Assembly: GCA_030390025.1 (NCBI GenBank) | Contig: CM059431.1 | Location: 124,064,001-124,128,000, forward strand | Origin: Squalus acanthias | Lineage: Eukaryota | Length of the DNA: 64,000 nucleotides | Direction: 5' to 3' | Shown here: piece by piece, positions 52,601 through 62,616 of the stretch | How positions within the stretch are numbered: position 1 is the stretch's first letter | How the letters are laid out: every line of letters starts with the position of its first letter | Program-made: the position numbers and the translations under genes | Notes under the pieces: generated by a model | The model's input: only the letters and a program-made list of their open reading frames with translations | Told to the model about the DNA's origin: nothing | Database searches by the model: none

Positions 52601-55600
52601 GCTGGCGCGGTCTGCAAATCCCTTTTTAACTTCTCGAATGCTGCCTGGCAACCCTCGTCCCAAGATCACTCCACTCCCTTATGGAGGAGTCGGAGCAGCG
52701 GAGCTGCTGTGGCCGCATAGTCCTCGATGAAGTCTCTACAGTAACCGGTCAGTCCCAGAAAGGACCTCACACCCATTATGGTGTTGGGAATCGGTAACTC
52801 CTGCACCGACTCCCTCCTTGCCTTATCTATGGCTCTTTCCCCAGCGCGAATGGTCAGACCCAGGAATTTTACTTCCTGCTGACCGATGCGTGCTTTCTTA
52901 GGGTTAACTTTAAAACCCTTTCTCGCTAGCAGCTCCAATAACTCGGCCAGCAGTGGTACATGCTCCTCCCTTGAGTCCGTGAACAGGAGCAAATCATCCA
53001 CGGACTGCACTATCTGATTGGGCTGACTAAACTCCTTTAAACTTCCTGCCATACACTGATGGAAAATACTGGGGCTGTTGTGGAAACCCTGTGGCAAACA
53101 GTTCCATGTGTACTGTTGTCCTTTAAAAGTAAAGGCAAACTTGTACTGGTCCTCTCGCCGCAGCGGGATTGACCAAAAAACGTTCGAGATATCCAGCACC
53201 GTGAACGTAGTCGCGGACGCTGGGATACTCCCTATTAGGTCAGCAACTGCTGCTACTGTGGGCGCGCAGGCGGGGATGTTACGGTTAAGGACTCTGTAGT
53301 CCACCGTGGCCCTCCACGAATTATCCGGCTTCCTCACCGGCCATAATGCGGAGTTCACGTGTGTGGCTATCGGCCTCAACATGCCCTGCTGCACCAAGGA
53401 GGACATTGCTGTCTCCATGTCGGGTTCTGCTTCTTTGGGGAAGTTATACTGCTTTTGGGGCCGGGTCATGGGGTCCCCGTCTACGCTGACCTCAAACCCG
53501 GTAACCCTCCCACAATCGTGCTTGTGGGTTGCAAACGCATGCATATTATCTGACACGTACGCTTGCATGTCCGTTGAGACATCCGCAACCATAAGCCCGA
53601 GGTCGTAACCTCCGGATGGCTTCATGGTACACAGGGCCCCTTTACCTTCCTTCCCTGGGATTACAACTACCTTGCCTTTCCCGCACTTGGCTGCCCAGAG
53701 ACAGTGATTCCTAAGGTCCACGAGGAACCCGTTTTCCGATAGGAGATCCGATCCGAGGATACCTCTGCCACCCCCCTCTTGCCATTTCATCAGTATGCAC
53801 TTCCATGTGGTGTGGAGTGCTCCTAAATGAATGGAGAGCTGTAGAATTCGCAAAATTATCGCGATTTCATAATAATGAGAAGGAGACATAGTTTCGTATA
53901 AACAGCTTTATTTCAGCAAAATGCTGTCAGGTTTCAAAACGGACCCAAACAGCCTGTAAAATGGCCACCATGCCTCGTGGCAGAAGGTTCTAGATTTTCA
54001 GCAGGCAGACAAGATGGCGTTTCAATAAACATTTCAGCAAGATCAGACAGGGCTCAGCATATTGAGATAAGACAAGACGAGATCGTTTTGCATTTTAACA
54101 CCCAAGCCAGGAATATAAGTGCTAGGAATCGGGTTTTTCCATGCACAAATGAGAGCTATTGTACTGGGCAATCTAGGGGCCCATCCAAAAGACATTGATA
54201 CGCAAATTCCCCACGGCTCTACGATGAGAGAGCCGTTCGCGGGTACTCACAACAAGAATCGAAGTCCCCCAAAACCCCTCCAGGGAGACTCCCAGCCGGT
54301 TCCACAATGGGAGAAATATTAACGGGTACTCAGACAGTTACAAGTATCACCGAGACCCATTAACAACAAGTACCACCCCATACAAGAAGTTTGAGCGCCA
54401 AAACATGACAAAAGATGAACATTAAAATTGGGCGGGAGATAAGGAATTACAGTACTATAACTGTAGTGTCCAAACGTCCATCTTTCTCTTATTCGCGCTC
54501 TTATTCGCTCGACTCTTATTCCTTTGACTCGCTTCTCTGATCTGTGGATTTTCCGGGAGTCAACCTTGTGGCTTGCCGCGAAGATCTGTGGAGAGCTGGT
54601 CTGCGAAGGCCGGTCAGCGGGCGCACCATCCCGGGAAGTCGGTAAACGGTGTTGGAACCGAAGGCCCGAGAGGAGATGAGATGAGATGAGATGAGAAGAG
54701 AAGAAGACGACTACATGTGCCGCCGCGGTCAGTAAACCCCGACCGCGCCCGAAAATCGATTAACCATTTCTTCGAATTCTATCGGCTACTCCACAACTGG
54801 TGTCGGTCCAGAAAGACTTTTCTTTGAATTTCACCGGCTAACTGGTGTCGGGCATAGGAAGACTCTTCTTTGAGTTTTATCAGAGTTCCGAGGTCAACAC
54901 AGATCTTCATGACAGCAGACGGTCCAGCCTGCTAGCCGGAGCAAAGCGAGTAAACAAGTGGGGTACAGAGACCCCTGATCAACACGTGGATAGTCAGGTG
55001 CTGTGGTGAAAACATCCGAGCAGAGTTTCGGAATTCTCCAAGTTATCACGAGTGGTGAGCATGAGTCTCGATCCTACAGATCTAATTTAGGACAGGTATT
55101 GATAGGGGAGGGTTTATGTTTTAAGGATAATTATAATGTGTGTCCCCTTTTACGATGTGTCGTGCGCTCCTCGTTTCCCTAAACCTAGTTGCATAAATGT
55201 ATGTAAGTTTGTACTGTTATTAATCTGTGCTTATGACATGTATTTCGTAATCTTGAATAATATGCAATAAAGATTTTCCATTTCGCACTATTCAACCGGG
55301 TCTACCTGAGTTTTTTTTTCTCTGCATTATTGCTCTCGCACCTAAGTCCAGTGTCAGAACCGTAAGGGCGAGTGGGTTGAACCACTCACAGGTGTCTAGT
55401 GCCGCCAGGCTGGCTGGAGACCAGAACAGGCAACAATGCCTAACCCCGCACTAGCACCCAGGCTAAGCACAGAGCCACGCGAAACCCCTTACAGAGCGGT
55501 ATGGAGAACGCGCCAGCCTGCTCTTTTCCCGTGAACCCCGCTAATGTGTATGGGACCTTGGTAGACAGCGGTGAGTCAAAGGGGCTATCCATATGAATCA

Positions 55601-55727
55601 CGGTGCATGAAGCTCCCGTGTCCAACAAATAACTACCCTTCTGCTTCTCTACCTCCATCTCAACCAGGGGTCTTTTCCATGCATCATAGCTGAGCGGACA
55701 CAGGTAAATGGGCTGCACGGGCTCTAG
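49639..55727 (-). pseudogene. pol: pol: protease (split by an LTR insertion), RT, RNase H-like tether, RNase H, integrase with long C-terminal extension
   Basis: PR LLDTGAS...GILGSDLL. RT WPVRKPDNSWRATVDYR, LPQGFHNSP, SVDD (degraded YVDD). Tether LEVAASGD...ERHLLA. RH YVDGSS/AELSA/SDS/ADALA. IN HHCC, IDYIGP, SDQG, VERMNRTLK, GPY. Stop at 52666; frameshifts at ~52150 and ~51015. Confidence 0.92.
53840..55493 (+). mobile_element. Solo LTR (1654 bp) of a sister family, inserted antisense into the ERV protease
   Basis: TGTAG...TTACA termini. TSD GAGC at 53836-53839 and 55494-55497. Clearly homologous to the reverse complement of 44871-46574. Removing it restores GAFSIPL-SIHLGALH. Confidence 0.92.
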
Positions 55728-56090
55728 TCATTGGATACTGGTGGACGGGGTTGTGGCATCTGTGAGGCCGGTAGCGACTGCCACCCTTCCTTGCGAAATC
55801 ATAAGGGACCGCATAGCTCCCAACATTGATTCTATCGCATCGGGATGGATAGGCACACCAGCTCCTCTCTCAGAGACAGGCGCTTGGGTTCGGGCTGCGG
55901 GAGTTTTATCCCTGGGGTCCTTCCAGGGGTTCCTACAGTTCTTACGCCAGTGACCTGTCTTCCCGCACCCGTAACAAGCACCACTGGCTTGTGGGGCGTG
56001 GTTTCCCTCCTGATGCCACTCCTTTTGAGCCGGGGCTGCGGGCCGTGCCTCATGCTACCCTCTCATCCATTACATTTCGCCTATTCACAC
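55728..56090 (-). pseudogene. gag: gag C-terminal remnant with CCHC zinc knuckle
   Basis: Manual translation gives ...QASGACYGCGKTGHWRKNCRNPWK...TTPSTSIQ* (TGA 55728-55730). Most of gag is missing. Confidence 0.85.
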
Positions 56091-56123
56091 CAGGGTCTAA
56101 AACATTACTCTCTCGCTGCCAGT

Positions 56124-56141
56124 GTCCTGCCGCGGTTGCCA
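56124..56141 (-). promoter_or_regulatory. Primer-binding site (possibly a degenerate tRNA-Ser type)
   Basis: Minus strand reads LTR end ...TTACA-GAAAA-TGGCAACCGCGGCAGGA; partial match to the TGGC....CGGCAGGA pattern of Ser tRNA 3' ends. Confidence 0.55.
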
Positions 56142-56146
56142 TTTTC

Positions 56147-56981
56147 TGTAAGGGGTTTCGGTGTGCTTGTATCGCAGACGGTGCTGGTGCGAGGTTAGGC
56201 CTTCATTGCCTAATGCTATTGCTTGCTCTGGTCTCCGGCCAGCCTTGTTGCAATAAGCACCTGTGAGTGGTTCGACCCACTCGCCCTTACGGTTCTAACA
56301 CTGGACTTAGGTGCGAGAGCAGTAATGCAGAGAAAAACTCAAATAGACCCAGCTGAATAGTACGAAATGGAAATCTTTATTGCATAGCGTCCAAAATCAT
56401 GAAGTACATGTCATAGGCGCAACTCAACGAGAGTACAAGTATACATACATTCATAAAGCTTGGTCTATGGTAATGAAGAACGCACGGCACATCGTAAAAA
56501 GGGGAACACATTATACTTTATCCTTAATAAAACCACCCTCCCCTATCAATACCTACACTACATCTAGATTTGTAGGATCGGGAAACATGCTCACCACTCG
56601 TGATACTTCGGAGAATTTTAAAGTGAGGCACTCGGCTCGTTTTGCTGCAGCGCCTGACTGTCACGTGTTTGGAGGGGTCTCTGTACCCCACTTGTTTATC
56701 TTCGCTGCTGCGGCAAGCAGGCTGGGCTCCCCGTTGTCATGAGGAACTCGACAGAACTCGGGCCCGGCTGTAGAACTCAATGAAAAGTCTTCCTGTACCG
56801 ACACCAGTTGTCGGTAGAATTCAAAGAAGAGTCTTTGTTCGTGCAATAACCTGTAGAGTTCAAGAAGTGGGGCTTATATTTTCGGGCGCGGTCGGGGTTT
56901 ACTGACCGCGGCGGCACGTGGATTCTTCTTCTTTTCTTGTCATTTCGTCTTGTCTTGTTGGGCCTTCGGGTCCAGACACCG
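56147..56981 (-). repeat. ERV 5' LTR, truncated (U3 side lost)
   Basis: Matches 44871-45711, then abuts a CR1 fragment at 56982. Confidence 0.92.
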
Positions 56982-57355
56982 GTGGATAGGGGCGTCTCTA
57001 TGGATGTTGTTTCCAGGAACTTCTGAAGACATTTAATAACGTTCCACATAGGAGATTATTAGCAAAAATGAACGTGCATGGAAATGGAGCCAAACTTGTG
57101 ACATGGGTTGCTAATTGGTTGGGAAGTAGGAGCTAGAGAGCAGGGTTTAGGTGAATGTTTGTTCTCTGATTGGTAAGATGTGAAAGTGGTGTTTCCCAGG
57201 GATCTGTGCTGGGGCCTATGCTTTTCTCAATACATATTAATAACTTGGATGAAGGAATAGAAAGTTTTATATCCAAATTTGCATATGACACAAATCTAGG
57301 AGGTACAGTATGTTGTCTAGATGGGAGAAGGAAGTTATAAAGGGACATAGACTAA

Positions 57356-60300
57356 GGGGGCAGTTTTCCCAGCCCCGAGGAGGCGGGTTTGGAGGCGGGA
57401 CAGTTGGCAAAATGGCAAAAATTGAAGGCGGGTTAGGAACCCGCCTCCAACCTGTAGTGGGTGGTGGTTTGTGTCAGCTTTACCTCTGACTTCTGAGTGG
57501 ATCGAATCGCTCCCACTCCCTTCGTTCTAGACCTTGGACTTATTTGGGGGTTGTGATACAAAGGTGCAGCAGACAGCTGAGTTTGATGAAAGAACTTCAA
57601 TCTTTATTAAAAGGTAAGACACAGATAATACCACTCTTAACACTCTAAAGGTGGGGAACACTTCGGTACAAGCGAGGGAAATGACAGTAGAACAATACTT
57701 CACCCCCCGCAACCCCACTTTCCTAGCTAAGTTAGGTTTTGAAGGACCAAGGATAATGCTCACCAATCCTTTGATAGTTGGGCTATATCGCGGTTTTGGG
57801 GTTCACTGTTTATGGCGGTTAGTGTCTGCCGTACCCCATACGCGGTAGAGGACTTCACCTGCGTCTCTGGTCAGTCTTCGTGAGTCCGCTGATGCGGTAG
57901 GATCTCGTTTTGGATCTATCTGGTAAGTACCCAATTTCCTTTGGTCAGGAGTAGGGTTTAGAGTCTTTGGGGAAAATCTTACCCAGGGGTAAGTCAGGAG
58001 TAGTTTGTAGTGTGGAAACTTTGCGGTTCTTCAGGTTTTCTTCCCTGGAGTTGGTCTTTGTTGGTCGCGGTGGCCTGCTATTACCTGGTCAGTTGGGGGT
58101 GATGTGCGGTTGTTGGTTTCGTGAGGCCTTTGGTTTCCGCGATGGCTTTAGGCCTTCTTTAGTGTGTCGGTCGATCTCGTGGTGCCATCGGTGACTTGTT
58201 GCTGCTTGTTGCTCCGGGTGACTGTGTTGGGGCCATTGTTGGAGGTCCGTCGAGGTGGTATCTTCGCGAGCTGGACTCAGGTGTGTCTGAGTGGTGAGCG
58301 ATGCCGACTCGCTTCCAGTTCGGGTTTTCTTCTTCCTGGTTCCTTCTTCTTCTGATGACCACTGGTTGCGACTGATGAGTCGACCTCTACCTTTGAACTG
58401 TTGTGTGTGTTGAACTGCTTGATCGGCCTTCAATTATACCAAATTGAAGTGGCCTTATCTACCCACCAAATCTACTCAGTTCATTGTCTGGTTTTTGGCA
58501 GGTTCGTAAATTGGTAACGACTTACTAGCGCGTTAATTGGGTTTTTAACAGTCCTTCAAACTCACCCATTGAACATGGCCTTATCTACCCACCAAATCTA
58601 CTCAATTCATTGTCTGAATTTTGGCGGGCCTGTTACCAGTAACTGCTCTGTAAGTGTCAAATGGGTTCTGGGATGGTTTGCATCCTGTCGATCTCCTTGG
58701 CTGATCACTGGTGATTGGTTTCGTGTTTTGGGTTTCTAGGCTGGACTCAGTCTTTTCTATAGCCTGGTCCTGAGTGATTTGTATCATGCAAGTTTTCTGA
58801 TGGGCCCTGTAATCAGTTTGATGGGGCCTGTTATTTTGGGTGGGACTGTCTTCTCCCAGGGTCTATTGTCAAAATGTTAATGTTTGCTGGGGCTTGAGTA
58901 GGGTCATCCCGGTTCCCCAGACAGCGCAATTAACTGCAATAACCAAAACTGCTTTTACAGAGGTTGAACCAACTTCCTTCACAGCCTTTTCTCCCTTTAC
59001 AGGCCCAGACATGTTTTAAAATGCCAAAACTTGGGTTTTGGTCTTAAATTCCTTATGTTAGCCCCAAATGCATTTTTATCACTCTGAGGTAGTTCCAAAG
59101 TCCTTTTTCCTCAGGTTGGGGATCTGCAAATTTTGGAAACCTTACAAACCTGCCTCCGCGCAATTTTGCCGGAGGCGGGTTTGATGGGTGCAATTTGGTC
59201 CTGCCTCCATCAGTCGGGAGAGGTAGTTAAGACCCTTAATTAGTAGTTAAGGGCCTCTATAATCCTATTTTGACAGGCCTTCGTTATTTTACCACATTTT
59301 CATTTTATTGTACAACCCTCCTAAATCACGCCAGCTAATCCAGTGTTGACAAGTGCGTGGCCTCCTCACAGCTGCAGCTCCACCATTAAAATGGAGCTTT
59401 CATCAGGGAGCAGTTGTAGGTGGCAGAACATTTTTGTTACAAAGGTCTTTCAGCAATTTTAGCAGGCCTACCGAATTTGGAGGTGCTGCAGCTTCGATCT
59501 CTCAACTGTGGGACATCCTTGGAAGACCCTCTCCCCGCTTGAACTGAGCGCTTCCCCAACGGAGGTATCTGCCAGCAGCATGAGAACCATTTATTTCCTT
59601 TCACCATGGACCTCAGATTCGGATGAGGAACAGCCACGGCAGCAGCAGAACCAGGCAGCTCAGCAGCAACAGCAGCAGGAGCCCCAACCTCCTGCTCACC
59701 CACCTGATGCTGCACAGGGCAGAAGGCGCCAGCGCATGGAAGCACGTCATGCAAGGAATGCACTCATCCTGGCCAGATTTGCATAGGTTCCTCATTGTGG
59801 CACATGTGCGTGGCTCCTTCTTAACACATGATAGACAATGGACATGACTCTCTGGCTTCCTTTCACTCTGACCACCAACCTGACCACGCAAATGTCGCGG
59901 AGCCCGCAATGTGGAGCTGCCTGAGCTGAAATAACAGATGCCATCACGCCAACAGTTTGCCATCACCTAATTTTAATACATTTCCACAGGGATGGCATTT
60001 CACCAATAAACAGAAACAATCACCCACTCTGCACACAGATCTGGAGGTTATATCCCTTGCCAGCTGGACCCACACAGCCTTGGTTTCTTTGGGAGGCCTC
60101 TTCCTCCCAGATGAGGAAAGAGCACCTCCCTGCTAGCTCTCGCCCCCTCAACCAGCATACCCAGCGCCTCATCCGAGAACGTTGGGGAGGCCCTTGCCTT
60201 GGAGCTGGCCATTCTTCAAGGAGATAACAGCTTGGAGGTGGTGCAGCATCGACCAAAAACCAATGGGATGAGCCAAGGCAGCAAGCAGCCCTTAAATGAA

Positions 60301-60478
60301 GCTGGATAAGTGATGTCAGCAGAGGTGAGTTTCAGTCCCAAAACATTAATTGGCCAAGGGGAACCCACACCTCTGAAATCAACTGGCAAATTTTTCCCAC
60401 CTCTCAGTGGAGGCGGGTTTGGAACCTGCCCAAACCGAAACCCACCTCCAACCCACCTCCATTGGGAAAATCGCGCCC
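57356..60478 (+). mobile_element. Non-autonomous Harbinger, containing a solo LTR
   Basis: TIR GGGGGCAGTTTTCCC / GGGAAAATCGCGCCC with TSD TAA. Transposase remnant ARHARNALILARFA* at 59500-59786, similar to the remnant in the element at 28172. Confidence 0.85.
57453..59146 (-). mobile_element. Solo LTR (1694 bp), closest to 41644-43366
   Basis: TGTA...TACA termini and TSD AACC. Shares long blocks with 41644-43366, e.g. CTTGGACTTATTTGGGGGTTGTGA and TCTTACCCAGGGGTAAG. Confidence 0.87.
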
Positions 60479-62616
60479 TAAGTGAGTGGCAAAAGAAGCT
60501 GGAGTTCAATGTGGGAAGTGTGAGGTCATCTACTTTGGATCTGAGAAAGACAAATCAGAATATTTTCTTAATGGTGACAGACTAGTAGCTGTGGAAAAGC
60601 AAAAGGATTTAGGTTCCCATGTGCACAGTTCACTAAAAGCTAGTGCACAGGTACAAAAATTAATCCAAAGGCTAATGTAATGTTGGCTTATATCTCAAAT
60701 GGGTTGCAATACAAAAGGGAGAAATTGATGCTTCAGTTGTGGAGGCCCTTGGTCAGCTGTCATCTGGAGTACTGTGTTGAGTTTAGCACACCCCACTTCA
60801 GGAAAGATATATTGACTGTGGTGGGGCTACAGAGTCACCAGAACTATACCAGAGCTTAAAGGGTTACATTTTGAGGACTGGTTTGTATTCCCTTGACTTA
60901 GAAGGTTGAGGAATGATCTAAATTAAGATGCTCAAAATGATAAAGGAATTCAATTGGGAAACTATTTCCTCAGTAGGAGAATCGAAAACAAGAGTGCATA
61001 TTCTTAAAATTAGACCTGGTCCAGTTATGAATGAAATCAGGAAGCCCTTTTTCACACAAAAGAGTAGTGAAAATCTGGATTTTTTTTCCCCAAAAGGCTG
61101 TGGATGCTGGGACAATTGAAATTTTTAAGACTGAGATCAATCGATTATTTTTAGTTAAGGATATCAAGTGATATGGAGCAAAGGCTGGTAAATGGATTTG
61201 AGGTACAAATCACCAATTATCTAATTGAATGGGGGGAACAGGCTCGAGGGGCTGAATGGCCTACTCCTGTTCCTATGCTCACTAAAATTAACAAAAAAGG
61301 AACGCGATACATTGATTGTCATTTCACATACAACTCTAAAACTTCAGTAGATTGTTTTAAACATTTTTATATTGATGAAACTACGTCCTATCAGATACTT
61401 GATTGTTAACTTTTACTTTTATGAAAAGATAATTTCCTTAAGCATAGATAGCTATTCAATACTTAAATTTATTTACTATTGTTCCTCTTTTGGTGCTTTT
61501 CCCAGTTCTTTACTTTTCTTTCCAGTAATCATTTAGAAATTTCTCAAAGTCAAGCCAAATTTTCCAGTTCCTATTTACTTTACTGTAGACCAGCATTATT
61601 GATCCTTCTCCACATCTACCCTATTTAACCTATGCTCCATTCCTTCTTTTCTACACAATCTGCCCACACAAGTTTACTATCGAATGTCTGAACTCAAAAT
61701 ATCATTCATTTTAGCCTTTTATCTTGCGTGTTCACATTCATGCTATTCATTTCAATACTAAAATATTCCACATGCTCCTTACCCTACCAATTATGATCTT
61801 TGTAGTATGACTCACTTTATTCCAAATAAATAAAAAATTGCACAATTTACCTCCAATTTTCTATGTACTTCTCTCTCCACATATCTAATTATAATTGGTC
61901 TCCCATTAACCCCTGGTGTACCACTTTGCATAAGATAATGATCTAGAAATTGCATCACATATGTGGATACCTAAGGTGGCAAAATTGCAGGTAGGAAGTG
62001 CCCCGATCTTTGATCCCTTTTCAGCCGGTGGGCTCTTAGCGCCTTGCCAGCTTGATGCTAATTAGGTCCAAGGCCCGATATCGGGATGCCTCTGACATCA
62101 CCAGTCAGCCACAGGGATTCCACCCTGCACCCACCATGTGCCCACACCCGAATTTCTCGACCCACATGTTGCCTGAATATGTGTCAATTTAGACGTAGCT
62201 TTATATTTTTTTTCTATGTGAAGGTGACGTTTATTTGTTGCCTTTATTGATATTTTATCATTGCTTTTCCACTTGCGTAGTAAGCCTGAACTTGCTTAAT
62301 AAGCTTTTGAGTAATGTATATGGGCATACATCATACAGTGCTGCAATGACATGTTGCACAGAATGCATTGGAGTGGCTTACATATGCACAAGATGTTACT
62401 GAAGGAGACATGAAAAGTGTGCTTTGTGAAAAAACATCGCATGCCTGAGAATAGAGAACTGTTCTTCAGTGGAAGATTAGATGTCAGCCATATATTAACC
62501 TATCCCAATTAACTATGAAATAGAACCCATAGAGTGTTGTATGTTGGAAGGGTCCTCATAAATCACTGAACAGATGAATTTTTTGCTGAAAGTGCTTGTA
62601 AATTATTACAGACTTT

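Larger units (their letters stand above)
44871..56981 (-). mobile_element. Endogenous retrovirus-like provirus, lokiretrovirus-like, defective
   Basis: Order on the minus strand: truncated 5' LTR (56147-56981), PBS, gag remnant, PR-RT-tether-RH-IN, env, PPT, full 3' LTR (44871-46574). The LTR copies differ at roughly 20-25 positions over ~835 shared bp (manual count). Confidence 0.9.
56982..61280 (+). mobile_element. Degraded CR1 LINE split by a Harbinger insertion
   Basis: CR1 RT sequence at 56982-57355 resumes at 60479 (GACATAGACTAA|GTGAGTGG) and ends in a CR1 3' UTR at ~61277. Confidence 0.85.
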
